Source: an uncultured virus (IMG/VR IMGVR_UViG_3300042894_003697) (Duplodnaviria; Heunggongvirae; Uroviricota; Caudoviricetes). From it: a stretch of DNA of 64,000 nucleotides. Shown piece after piece: positions 1 to 10,036 of this stretch; the first letter of the stretch is position 1, and each line of letters begins with the position of its first letter. Under the pieces are notes generated by a model. That model was not told the DNA's origin and did not search any database. It saw only the letters and a program-made list of their open reading frames with translations. Where the stretch lies: the IMG/VR virus record IMGVR_UViG_3300042894_003697, one strand, 5' to 3'. A program made the position numbers and the translations under genes.

Positions 1-1
1 C

Positions 2-862
2 GGCGCCTATACCAATTTGGTGTCCGATGGCCGCAATCACTTTACTCACACTCACGACGGCAGTCAACTATACCGTTTTGGTGAAATCAATCCATACGTT
101 GAAGCATTTTTTAAGTGGTGGGAAACTGATCTTCACAAAACTCTTCAAGAGCTCAGAATAACCGGCGGTGAACCGTTGATGAGTGCAGAGACATGGAAAC
201 TGATTGAATGGTTTAAAGCCAACAAAGGACGTAGCAAAACACGTCTGGCCATCAACAGCAATCTAGGCACTGATGTTGACATAGATCGTTTGCTTGAGGC
301 CATTGATGGAGTCGAAGTTGATTTATATACCAGTAACGAGTCAACAAGCCTACAGTCTGAATATATTCGTGATGGACTTGTGTGGGATGATTGGGTCAAC
401 AATGTAGAACGGTTACTTGATTCTGGAAAATTCCGCAGTATTCATGTCATGTGCACAATCAATGCGCTGTGTTTAGATAGCTTGGATAGTTTGCTTTCTT
501 GCATACACAATTGGAAAATTGAATATGGAAGAGATGCAATTAGTTTTACTTTAAATATATTACGTTTTCCCAGCTTTCAATCGCCATTGGTGTTGCCAAA
601 CAACATGCGTGAACAATATAAAACCTGTCTTGAACAGTGGTTGTATCAAAATGACGGAGAGTTTTTACATGAACACGAGCATAATCATATACAACGATTA
701 ATTGACTATCTTGATGTAGTTAAAACTCCGCATGCCGAATCGGCCAAATTAACTGTGCTTCAACAAGATTTTAAACAATTTTACACACAATACGATCAGC
801 GTCGTGAAAAAGACTTCGGTTCCACGTTCCCCGAATTAAAAGATTGGTACGACTCATTGTGA
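2..862 (+). CDS. Radical SAM-family protein, C-terminal part (5' end lies outside the window)
   Basis: Frame is open from base 2. ITGGEPLM and NSNL motifs, and similarity to the three downstream paralogs. The CxxxCxxC motif is not in the window. Confidence 0.8.
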   Translation, partial: GAYTNLVSDGRNHFTHTHDGSQLYRFGEINPYVEAFFKWWETDLHKTLQELRITGGEPLMSAETWKLIEWFKANKGRSKTRLAINSNLGTDVDIDRLLEAIDGVEVDLYTSNESTSLQSEYIRDGLVWDDWVNNVERLLDSGKFRSIHVMCTINALCLDSLDSLLSCIHNWKIEYGRDAISFTLNILRFPSFQSPLVLPNNMREQYKTCLEQWLYQNDGEFLHEHEHNHIQRLIDYLDVVKTPHAESAKLTVLQQDFKQFYTQYDQRREKDFGSTFPELKDWYDSL

Positions 863-1734
863 AAATACTAGGTACATTATTTGTACTACTGTTAAATACT
901 GCGGCATTAGCAGATGTAGTCAAGATATATTCTCCATATGCTCCGTCGCATTCGGCCACTCCTGCTATGTTTAAAATCATTAATCAGGCCAACAAATCGC
1001 AACACACTTATTCTTTTGTGCTGGAATTCAAGCCCGGCGGCAACCAAATGATTGCTCTACAAGCATTGGATGCAACCAGCCTGGCCGTTATTGCTCCGGC
1101 CTTTGTAGAAAATGTAGCCGCAGGTAAGATCTTAGAGTCGGACTATGTGCCTGTTCATGCTCTGGGCGATGCTTGCTGGACAGTGATCACAAATGGTAGC
1201 ATTACGGATCAAAAAGAAATGACTGTGGGCGGAGTGGGTATTGGTAATGCCACACATTTAACAGCCCTGGCACTAGGCGAGAAATATGGCTTTAGCGTTA
1301 GATATATAGTGTTCAAAAGCAACAACGATGCCTTGGTAAACATGGCCGGCAACAATGGAATTTTTATGGTAATTGATCGTTACGAATCATATCAAACACT
1401 AAAAACCAAAAATGCCAAGTTGCAAGCATTTGCGGCATCCTGTCCCACTAGACTGCCGCAGGCACCCAGTGTTCAAACTCTGCATGAAATAGGTATTGAT
1501 GCGCCGTATGTGTTCAACATCATTGTGGCACATAGATCAATGACGGCCACACAGCGTCAAGCAATAGCAACTGTGTTAAATGATGCACAACGAGCTGTTG
1601 GATACAGTGAAATTTTTAACTTGTCTGGGGTAAAAATCCCCGACATCTCGGCAGAAGAATTCTATGCTAAATCTGTTGCACAAGTTAAAAGATTGCAAGA
1701 AAAATATAGAAAAGAAATTAATCAATCACGATGA
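859..1734 (+). CDS. Bug/TctC-like tripartite tricarboxylate transporter substrate-binding protein
   Basis: Signal peptide (…TAALA|D). VLEFKPGG and RLPQAPSVQTLHEIGI resemble the TctC motifs VVENRPGA and RSPALPDVPTLAE. Probable GTG start overlaps the upstream stop. Confidence 0.7.
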   Translation: MKILGTLFVLLLNTAALADVVKIYSPYAPSHSATPAMFKIINQANKSQHTYSFVLEFKPGGNQMIALQALDATSLAVIAPAFVENVAAGKILESDYVPVHALGDACWTVITNGSITDQKEMTVGGVGIGNATHLTALALGEKYGFSVRYIVFKSNNDALVNMAGNNGIFMVIDRYESYQTLKTKNAKLQAFAASCPTRLPQAPSVQTLHEIGIDAPYVFNIIVAHRSMTATQRQAIATVLNDAQRAVGYSEIFNLSGVKIPDISAEEFYAKSVAQVKRLQEKYRKEINQSR

Positions 1735-2990
1735 CATACCGATATAATTCAACAGATCTAGTCCGAACCACCGAACTCACTGTTCGCGAACAGTTTCTTT
1801 TACAGGACTCAAAAACCTTCTGCATGTATCCTTGGATTCATTTACATGCTTATCCCACAGGCGAAGCATATCCTTGCTGTCATGCTGAAATGAAGCCAGG
1901 TGTTATGGGCAACTGTAGAACAAATACGCTAGAAGAAATATGGCGCGGAGAGCCCATGCAGAAGTTACGTGCGCACATGTTAAGCGAAACTCCTCATGCT
2001 GCCTGCACACGCTGTTATGAACAGGAAGAATCAGGTTTCTTTTCGGGCCGCAAGAGTGCAAACAAGCATCATGGGCATCACATAAAGAAGCTGGCGGAGA
2101 ATCCATTTGAAATGACTTATTGGGACATACGTTTCTCAAACTTATGTAATCTTAAATGTCGTAGCTGTGGGCATATTTTCAGCAGTCAATGGTATCAAGA
2201 TCAAGCAAAACTTGCTGGCTCAGAGTGGAAAGAACGCAATACTGTTCTTAACTATGCTGGCCGTACAGAAACAGACATGTGGGAACAACTGGAACCACAT
2301 TTGGATTATGTGGAACAGATATATTTTGCCGGTGGCGAACCGTTGCTGATGGATGAACATTATCGTATCTTAGATGAATTGGTACGGCGAGGCCGGTTTG
2401 AGGTGCGTTTAATATACAACACAAACTTCACACATACTGACTTAAAAGGGCGCTCGGTGTTTGAATATTGGAAAAAGTTTAAATCAGTGGCAGTGGGCGC
2501 AAGTTTAGATGACATGGGTGCCCGTGCAGAATACATACGCAAAGGCACAGACTGGGCAGTGGTGCGCCAGAATCGTCAAGACATGCTGGCCGTATGTCCA
2601 GATGTGGATTTTTACATCTCGCCTACACTAAGCATCATGAATGCATGGCATCTGACAGAGTTTCATCGTGCCTGGGTAGAACAAGGTCTAATCCGCGCAC
2701 AAGACCTCAATGTAAACATACTACAAGATCCGCTACACTACAGGATTGATATTGCACCGTCTGACTACAAAGCACAGTTACAAGCAAAATGGACACAACA
2801 TATTGAATGGCTTCGTCCACAAGATCACTTGGGTCGCGCAACGCAGGGATTTGAAAGTGCAATTACTTTTATGAATGCCACAGATAACACACAGCTAATA
2901 GATACATTCTGGCGCAAAACACATGAACTAGATGAGATCAGAAAAGAAAACATTCTGGACGTGATACCAGAATTGAAGGCTCTGAAATGA
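1731..2990 (+). CDS. Radical SAM protein with N-terminal SPASM/twitch-like Cys domain
   Basis: CMYPW…PCC…CxxC at the N-terminus; CNLKCRSC; FAGGEPL. Confidence 0.9.
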   Translation: MTYRYNSTDLVRTTELTVREQFLLQDSKTFCMYPWIHLHAYPTGEAYPCCHAEMKPGVMGNCRTNTLEEIWRGEPMQKLRAHMLSETPHAACTRCYEQEESGFFSGRKSANKHHGHHIKKLAENPFEMTYWDIRFSNLCNLKCRSCGHIFSSQWYQDQAKLAGSEWKERNTVLNYAGRTETDMWEQLEPHLDYVEQIYFAGGEPLLMDEHYRILDELVRRGRFEVRLIYNTNFTHTDLKGRSVFEYWKKFKSVAVGASLDDMGARAEYIRKGTDWAVVRQNRQDMLAVCPDVDFYISPTLSIMNAWHLTEFHRAWVEQGLIRAQDLNVNILQDPLHYRIDIAPSDYKAQLQAKWTQHIEWLRPQDHLGRATQGFESAITFMNATDNTQLIDTFWRKTHELDEIRKENILDVIPELKALK

Positions 2991-4198
2991 ATATTCCACA
3001 CGATAAATTCTGTGTATTGCCCTGGATCAGCTTAGAAGCCAGTCCTGTTGGTACAGTGCGTCCTTGTTGCTTGGCCGACGACGAAATTGTTGACAACAAC
3101 AATGAAAAGTTCAGTTTAATGACTGCTGACTTTGCTGACATACAAAACAGCACACACATGCGCACATTGCGTGAACAATTTCTAGCAGGTGAAAAACCAC
3201 AGACATGCCGCAAGTGCTGGAATGAAGAACGTGCAGGACGCACTAGCAAGCGTATGCACACCTTGGACAGAATGAAACACATGGGCATCACGTCAGACTG
3301 GACTGCCGATTCCAAGCCCGTGATGTTCCTGGATCTTAAACTGGGCAACATCTGCAACCTAAAATGTCGTATATGCGGATCATGGAGTTCAAGCCAATTT
3401 GCCACAGAAGAACTGGCACAATTGCCCACGGAAGAAAAAAAGTCCAGTTTTGCATATCAAATGTTACAAGCAGGTGCTTGGCCTAGAGATAATACTCAGT
3501 TTTGGGGAGAAATTGATCAGCATTTAAATGATATACGCTATATTGAATTCACTGGCGGCGAGCCATTTATGATTCGAGAGCATTTCCAAATGCTACAGGG
3601 CATCGTGGATCGTGGTATTGCACATCAAGTTGAAATACATTATAATACAAATGGCACACACTACCCTGAAGAAGCCGTTGAAATTTGGAAACATTTTAAA
3701 ACTGTGGAAATAGCATTTTCAATTGATGACCTAGGCGCAAGATTTGAATATCAGCGCACCAACGCGGTATGGTCAGACGTGGTGTTCAATATTGATCGTT
3801 TCCGTTTACTAAGAGAAGACTATCCTAACATTCAGTTACAATGCTGTGCCACTGTGAATGTGTTTAATGTGCGCTATATTGATCAACTGGCACAATGGAT
3901 CAACCAGCAGGCCTTTGATTTTGTGTACTGGAACATGATGCACGATGCATGGTATTTCTCAATTGCTACACTGCCCGCGATGGCCAAAGCAGCCATTGCA
4001 GATCATTTACGCACATGTGATGTTCCTGTCAAGTGGCGCGGGGAATTTGACAACATAATTGAATTTATGAATGGTGGTGCTGACTCTGATGGATTTATAT
4101 TGCGTATGAAAGTGCGTGATCTAGATCGCAAACGGAATCAGAACTTGGCCACAGTGGCTCCAGAATTGGCAGAATTAATTGAATACACCAAAACCTGA
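2987..4198 (+). CDS. Radical SAM protein with N-terminal SPASM/twitch-like domain
   Basis: CVLPW…PCC…CRKC; CNLKCRIC; FTGGEPF. Confidence 0.9.
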   Translation: MNIPHDKFCVLPWISLEASPVGTVRPCCLADDEIVDNNNEKFSLMTADFADIQNSTHMRTLREQFLAGEKPQTCRKCWNEERAGRTSKRMHTLDRMKHMGITSDWTADSKPVMFLDLKLGNICNLKCRICGSWSSSQFATEELAQLPTEEKKSSFAYQMLQAGAWPRDNTQFWGEIDQHLNDIRYIEFTGGEPFMIREHFQMLQGIVDRGIAHQVEIHYNTNGTHYPEEAVEIWKHFKTVEIAFSIDDLGARFEYQRTNAVWSDVVFNIDRFRLLREDYPNIQLQCCATVNVFNVRYIDQLAQWINQQAFDFVYWNMMHDAWYFSIATLPAMAKAAIADHLRTCDVPVKWRGEFDNIIEFMNGGADSDGFILRMKVRDLDRKRNQNLATVAPELAELIEYTKT

Positions 4199-5477
4199 CA
4201 CCTTGTGCATGGCACCGTGGACGCACACATATCTCAGTCCGCAGACTGAACGACGCATGTGTTGTGCCTCACGAGAAAATGCACAAAGTTTCACACAGTA
4301 TATAGATACTGGTCCGGGTACCGGTAATTATACTCCTAGTACTTTAGAAGAACATTGGAATAGTGAACACATGAAGTCAGTTCGTCGTCGTATGATGGCC
4401 GGGGAAACATTGCCCGAATGTGATGTATGCAACAACAAGCTATTAAATACAAATGTCTATCGCAGTTATTTTAATCAACTCTTTGGCCACAAATATGTAG
4501 ATGTCATGTCTGCTACTCTTCCTGACGGATCAACATCAGTAAAACCAGTCAGCTGGGATTATAGATTTAGTAATCTTTGCAACTTTAAATGTCGCATGTG
4601 CGGAGATATGTTAAGCAGTTCATGGGAAAGCGAACAACGTCAGCATGACATGATTGACTGGACCAATACAAAAAATAATTGGATGATTCCTGATGTAAGA
4701 AATAAAATAAGTAAATTTCAAGATAGCCAAATTGAGTTAGAATTTAGTCAAGCAGTAGAAGAACATCGTGTAGAAGAAGTGTATTGGGTTGGTGGCGAAC
4801 CGTTGATGTATGAACAACATTGGCGGTATATGAAACGCATTATAGAACTGGGTGATGGAAAAAATGTCTACGCTAGATACAACACAAATCTCAGCCGCAT
4901 TGATTATCGCGGGATTAATTTGTTCAGTGACATATTGGCCAATTTGCGAGATTGGCAAGTATGTGCAAGTCTTGATGGCACCGGAGTAGTAGGAGAATAC
5001 ATACGAACAGGACTTGATTATCAACAGTTCTTGCAAAATTTCAACAAAGGACTTGCGTACAAGCACAACAGTAGGAACATGCGTCTTGATTTTACTCTTA
5101 CTTTACCAGGAATGTTTGAAGTCAACAACATGCAAACATTATCACAACAATTAGAAGTAGAGCTACTGACCAAAGTGGTGTTTAGTTTTAGCCCTGATAT
5201 TGTGATGAGTCCATTGGCATTGCCCAGAAAGTTGTTGGATCCGTGGATAGATGAACTAGTAGACCATTCAACTGGTACAATGCGCAGTATGCTACTACAG
5301 TTAAAAACAAGACCCACATTTGAAGAACAATGGCCCGAAGAATATCAATCTGCTATTGCACAAGGTAAAGCTCGTGTGTTAAAATTAGAACAGATTAGAA
5401 CCCAATCAACAACAATGACAGACATACTCAGTGCCCGGTCTGATGTACTTAAATGGTGGATGCAAATTGAAAGTTAA
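4179..5477 (+). CDS. Radical SAM protein with N-terminal SPASM/twitch-like domain
   Basis: CMAPW…MCC…CDVC; CNFKCRMC; WVGGEPL. Confidence 0.9.
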   Translation: MNTPKPDTLCMAPWTHTYLSPQTERRMCCASRENAQSFTQYIDTGPGTGNYTPSTLEEHWNSEHMKSVRRRMMAGETLPECDVCNNKLLNTNVYRSYFNQLFGHKYVDVMSATLPDGSTSVKPVSWDYRFSNLCNFKCRMCGDMLSSSWESEQRQHDMIDWTNTKNNWMIPDVRNKISKFQDSQIELEFSQAVEEHRVEEVYWVGGEPLMYEQHWRYMKRIIELGDGKNVYARYNTNLSRIDYRGINLFSDILANLRDWQVCASLDGTGVVGEYIRTGLDYQQFLQNFNKGLAYKHNSRNMRLDFTLTLPGMFEVNNMQTLSQQLEVELLTKVVFSFSPDIVMSPLALPRKLLDPWIDELVDHSTGTMRSMLLQLKTRPTFEEQWPEEYQSAIAQGKARVLKLEQIRTQSTTMTDILSARSDVLKWWMQIES

Positions 5478-6531
5478 AGTAGTATTAAGAAACCCGTTAG
5501 ATAAAACAGACACAGTTGACTACACTATTGTAGTCAACGATTCACCAATGGGTCTGCGTTGGTATCATGCATTGCAAGATTTACTAAAACGAAACAAATA
5601 TTTAGAAAAGAATTTTTGTTTTTTAGGATTTCCAGATAGCTCACGAGATTTAGATTATATTTGCAAAGAACTGACCTGGGCTAAAAATACCATTAATTGT
5701 TTTTTTGCAGGCAAATACACTATCAAAGAAATTTTTTCTCCTGACTCATTACGCACAGGTCTTGATCCTAATCAAGACCTAATGAATCAACTGCACAATC
5801 ATTTTGAACATTTACAAGGTACAGTTTGGGAACTAAGTGATTGGTATAAACGTGCAGATTACACTACAAAATTTGCTATTAGACAATTAAATCTTCTATG
5901 CCACGAAGCAGAAAGTTTGATATTATCACAACGTAAAAAAGTAACAAATCCAGACTGGGTACGCTCTAGTCAAATCACTACATTTTTGAATGCTGCTCGA
6001 ATTAATTTTCCAAATGAATATAAAACAACCTTTGATGAAACTAGATACGATAGAAAATTTGGCGAAGTATATTTGCACTGGACACAGATCGGCAAAACTC
6101 TTTATGAGGTTTACAGAGACGAACAAGGTGTAGACATTGATCAATCTGTGTGTGATGCTATAACGCATCTACGTTATTATTCTGGAGAATTTGACATTGA
6201 ATGGGGCCAGGATGTTGTTTACGGTACGCATTATTGGCACAAAAAAGAAATAGACAAGTTTAAAGAGTGGCTAGTAAAACAAGGATTTGATCCAGAAGAC
6301 TCACAATACAATTATGGATATCATCCAGTGGGGCAAGTTGATTTACAAAATAGTTTTGGAACTACTGATTTCAAACAAATTTTGTCAATGTTAAGTAAAC
6401 ATTTAGATATATACAAGATAGAAGCCAATGGAGTGTCTGCAACTTATGATTATACATGGAGTGACCCTGACTATTATCAAAAACAAATTGCATGTTTGAC
6501 ACCTGGTTACAATCATAGTTCAAAAATATAA
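5431..6531 (+). CDS. Hypothetical protein (true start may be TTG at about 5467)
   Basis: Long ORF continuing the operon; no recognised motif. Confidence 0.75.
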   Translation: MPGLMYLNGGCKLKVKVVLRNPLDKTDTVDYTIVVNDSPMGLRWYHALQDLLKRNKYLEKNFCFLGFPDSSRDLDYICKELTWAKNTINCFFAGKYTIKEIFSPDSLRTGLDPNQDLMNQLHNHFEHLQGTVWELSDWYKRADYTTKFAIRQLNLLCHEAESLILSQRKKVTNPDWVRSSQITTFLNAARINFPNEYKTTFDETRYDRKFGEVYLHWTQIGKTLYEVYRDEQGVDIDQSVCDAITHLRYYSGEFDIEWGQDVVYGTHYWHKKEIDKFKEWLVKQGFDPEDSQYNYGYHPVGQVDLQNSFGTTDFKQILSMLSKHLDIYKIEANGVSATYDYTWSDPDYYQKQIACLTPGYNHSSKI

Positions 6532-6541
6532 AGGAATTACA

Positions 6542-6643
6542 ATGAATTGGTTAAAAAATTTAATAGCCCGTGTGCGTCTTGAAATACGGTATCGTAAAAA
6601 ATTAAAAGAATTGCGCAAAAGAGATCCGTTTATTTACAAATGA
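6542..6643 (+). CDS. 33-aa basic peptide MNWLKNLIARVRLEIRYRKKLKELRKRDPFIYK, coupled to the carbamoyltransferase
   Basis: AAGGA SD; its TGA stop overlaps the next ATG (ATGA); missed by the ORF track. Confidence 0.75.
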   Translation: MNWLKNLIARVRLEIRYRKKLKELRKRDPFIYK

Positions 6644-8139
6644 AAGTATTAGGTATAAGTGCTGGGTTTCATGATGCGTCAGTGTCGCTGATTGATAATG
6701 GGACCATTTTATTTGCTGGACATGCAGAACGCTACAGTAAGATTAAAAATGATGCCCATATAAATGATTCACTTGTTGCAGATGCACTAAGTCACGGCAA
6801 TCCTGATCTGATTGCCTATTATGAACGCCCTTGGATCAAAAAATTACAACAACTATATTCAGGACAGTATGAAGAAGCATTTGATTTTGGCAACTTTACT
6901 TTGGATCAGTATTTGCGTAAACATCTATCTGACACTGTTCATCGGCAGCAACTATTACAATGCCCTAGAAAATATATGTCCCATCATCATAGTCACGCCG
7001 CCGCAGGATTCCAATCCAGTCCCTATAACAGGGCCACAGTGGTTGTAATTGATGCAATTGGCGAACTAGATACCATATCAATTTGGGGTGCGGAATATAA
7101 TAAGCATGGTCACGCAACATATAAGAGGCTCTGGACACAACGTTATCCACATTCAATTGGACTGTTCTATTCGGCGGCCACCGCCAGTGTTGGGTTGCGA
7201 CCACTGGATGAAGAATACATTTTGATGGGCATGGCTGCGTATGGAGATGCCACAAAAGCTGTTGGCATGCATGCTTTAGTAAAAGATTCAGATCAGATAC
7301 TCTTCCGTGACAATCTACACACAGGCATTGACAGTAAATATCTGCAGGATCTAGAAGAATTTGATATTGCTGCCGGAGCACAGGCCATTGCAGAGCGACT
7401 AATCAACAGTGTCATGCGTAGAGCCAGTGACTTTAACTGGTCTAACAATTTGGTCTATATGGGAGGAGTTGCTCTTAACTGTAGTGCTAATCGTAATTTG
7501 GGGAAGTTTTTTGACAATATTTGGATTATGCCTAATCCTGGCGACGCTGGCAGTAGTCTGGGTGCAGCGGCACTGGCATACAGGAAACAGATACATTGGC
7601 CCAATGCCTATCTGGGCACAGATATTCCTGGTGATTATCCTGTCAACAACATTGTGGATTGTCTTCTACGTGATAAAATTGTGGGTGTGGCCAGTGGACG
7701 TGCTGAATTTGGGCCCAGGGCTCTGGGTAATAGATCATTATTGGCAGACCCTCGTGGACCAGACATAAAAGAACGTGTGAATGATATTAAAAGACGACAG
7801 CAATTTAGACCGTTTGCGCCTGTAATTCTAGAGGAACATGTTGATATGTATTTTGATATGCCACGCGGATTTCTAGACAGTAGATACATGCAGGTGATTG
7901 CTCGTTGTAGGCATCCTCACATATTTCCTGCTATTGTTCATAGGGACGGCACTAGTAGGGTGCAAACAGTACCTGCAGACGGGTCTGGAATTAGACAACT
8001 ACTAGAAGCCTGGTACAAGGCAACAGGCTGTCCTATGTTGTTAAACACAAGTCTAAACATACGTGGAGAACCCATGGTAAATGATCGTGCAGATGCAGAT
8101 CGATTTGAACAACTATACGGCGTTAAGGTTTGCAGTTAA
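6640..8139 (+). CDS. Carbamoyltransferase, NodU/CmcH family
   Basis: GISAGFHDAS, HHHSHAA, GGVALNC, EFGPRALGNRS, FRPFAP, LLNTSLN. Confidence 0.95.
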   Translation: MKVLGISAGFHDASVSLIDNGTILFAGHAERYSKIKNDAHINDSLVADALSHGNPDLIAYYERPWIKKLQQLYSGQYEEAFDFGNFTLDQYLRKHLSDTVHRQQLLQCPRKYMSHHHSHAAAGFQSSPYNRATVVVIDAIGELDTISIWGAEYNKHGHATYKRLWTQRYPHSIGLFYSAATASVGLRPLDEEYILMGMAAYGDATKAVGMHALVKDSDQILFRDNLHTGIDSKYLQDLEEFDIAAGAQAIAERLINSVMRRASDFNWSNNLVYMGGVALNCSANRNLGKFFDNIWIMPNPGDAGSSLGAAALAYRKQIHWPNAYLGTDIPGDYPVNNIVDCLLRDKIVGVASGRAEFGPRALGNRSLLADPRGPDIKERVNDIKRRQQFRPFAPVILEEHVDMYFDMPRGFLDSRYMQVIARCRHPHIFPAIVHRDGTSRVQTVPADGSGIRQLLEAWYKATGCPMLLNTSLNIRGEPMVNDRADADRFEQLYGVKVCS

Positions 8140-8827
8140 CTTGTAGCCAGGCAACTACTTGATCTGCAAAAGCCTGGTGAGCCGCTAAAAAATAATGACC
8201 CCAGTCTGTGTGCGGATACTTATTAGTCTCACACCAAGCACAAAAATCTGTATCAATTGCCCAATTAACTCTATCAGTATACTCAACAGGATGAAAGCTG
8301 TTGATATTGATCACTCGTATTCCGTGTTGTGTTGCTAGTGCATTTAGTGCCAGGATATTTTTTAATTTATTCTGGTTGCTTGCTTGCTGGTTGAGATGGA
8401 ATTTATTCCATTCATCAGCATACGCCAAATATTCCTCTTCAAAAGATATTTTACCGCCGTCATTATCTCCTGACAACGCATAGGTACTAGATTTATATCG
8501 AGTCCAATGCTGCCTGCCCATAGACATTGGTAACCAACATTTATCAATATCGTGCCATAGTTCAGTTCGAGAACAGCCAGTCCAGCAGGCTATAACTACA
8601 TCATTGGTGGTTAAATTTTTTAATTGTTCAATAAAAATTCTGAACATTGCATCATTGCTGCCTCCAGATATGGCATAGTTCATTGGCTCATAACCTAATC
8701 GTCGAGCTACTGAAACAGGATAACTGTTTAACCAACCAAATGATCCAGGATTGTCTATGGTAATGCTAGTGTCCTGGTACATCTCTGCACCAGCAGCATG
8801 GCTGCAACCTAAAATCAGTGCCTTCAT
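8123..8827 (-). CDS. SGNH/GDSL-like hydrolase-fold protein
   Basis: LGCSHAAG, NYAISGGSND and a C-terminal His; ATGA overlap with the upstream gene. Confidence 0.6.
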   Translation of the reverse strand: MKALILGCSHAAGAEMYQDTSITIDNPGSFGWLNSYPVSVARRLGYEPMNYAISGGSNDAMFRIFIEQLKNLTTNDVVIACWTGCSRTELWHDIDKCWLPMSMGRQHWTRYKSSTYALSGDNDGGKISFEEEYLAYADEWNKFHLNQQASNQNKLKNILALNALATQHGIRVININSFHPVEYTDRVNWAIDTDFCAWCETNKYPHTDWGHYFLAAHQAFADQVVAWLQVNCKP

Positions 8828-9852
8828 AGGTATGTTTCTAATCCACCGCGTCGACGCAGATCCTGTGTGCAACAACTTATTCCGCCATCCCAAAAATAAC
8901 TGTGTCTTAATTCGCAAATGATAGGTTCAATATGATGGCGATGGCAAAAATCAAAAACATTTTTATTGTACGCACTGAATATGACATGACTTTCATCTAG
9001 CACCAGACAGTTGACATCAAACACAGTTTCGGCAACAAAGCCAGTCCATTTATTAAGATAAGTGTCTACAAACTGAGTAAATTCAGGTGTAGGAGTTTGT
9101 CCTTGCACATACCAAGCACCCGGATTTGCATCATATTTAAACTTTCCAACTTCCATGGCAGCCCATATACTAGAGTCCCAAATTTTTAAGACTTCCCAAC
9201 CCGGAAAGTCTTCAGCCAGATGCAAATGCATATCGTGTTTGCTTGATAATATAACACCAGGTTTAAGAATAGCAAACACAGCATCGCCATGTCCGTCGGT
9301 TACAGCTTCGTGAATGCGATAGCCTTCACCCAGCATGTTGTCCACAATCCAACGAGTCTGATCAGGCCGCAAGAAATCTGAGTTGTCAAAGAACACATCG
9401 CGCCCCACACGCACAATACAACTGGCACTGGCACCATTTAGGATACAGTCTTTGTCCCAACGACTCTTGTGTGGATTAACAACTTGATCGCCAAATTCAG
9501 CACAGATGTTATCTAGTTCTTCTACGTTGATCACACGCAACAGTTTATCACCCAGGGTGATTTGCCAATCTCGTGGCGTCAGTGGCGGCAGCGGAACACC
9601 TCCTCCTCCTTCAGTTTGACGCCAAACAAATGCGTCTTTCCAGGGCAAGCTGGGGCGATGTACTTGAGCCCCATACTTCTCAATGGTTTTTTGCAGGCCG
9701 TCGAGATCCTCTTCAGTTTCGTGGAGAATCTGTTGCAGTTGATTACGCACTTGCGGATTGTCAATAAAATCAAAGTAATCGGGTGGGTAGGCGCGACCTA
9801 CAATGACCTCTTCAAGAGGTTGCCAGCTGGTGTAGGAGTTAATTTTGTTCAT
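8824..9852 (-). CDS. Amidinotransferase (glycine amidinotransferase-like)
   Basis: SWQPLEEVIVG, PRD, GHGD, FDVN, WDGGISCCTQDLRR with the catalytic Cys region. Confidence 0.85.
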   Translation of the reverse strand: MNKINSYTSWQPLEEVIVGRAYPPDYFDFIDNPQVRNQLQQILHETEEDLDGLQKTIEKYGAQVHRPSLPWKDAFVWRQTEGGGGVPLPPLTPRDWQITLGDKLLRVINVEELDNICAEFGDQVVNPHKSRWDKDCILNGASASCIVRVGRDVFFDNSDFLRPDQTRWIVDNMLGEGYRIHEAVTDGHGDAVFAILKPGVILSSKHDMHLHLAEDFPGWEVLKIWDSSIWAAMEVGKFKYDANPGAWYVQGQTPTPEFTQFVDTYLNKWTGFVAETVFDVNCLVLDESHVIFSAYNKNVFDFCHRHHIEPIICELRHSYFWDGGISCCTQDLRRRGGLETYL

Positions 9853-10036
9853 GTAAGTTCCGTAGTAAAGTATTTAATCTGTCCAGTTTTGTGGATTGAT
9901 ATAACTGCCAGGTGTGCAGTATGTCATCACAGCAGCGCAGAAACACGCCGTGTGGATCTTGTTGTATTTGTTGTAATGTGTGTTTTATTTTGTCGTTAAG
10001 AATACGATCAGCTACAAAATTAAACTGTAAACTCAT
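9839..10036 (-). CDS. Small hypothetical protein
   Basis: Fills the gap between two coupled genes. Confidence 0.5.
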   Translation of the reverse strand: MSLQFNFVADRILNDKIKHTLQQIQQDPHGVFLRCCDDILHTWQLYQSTKLDRLNTLLRNLHEQN

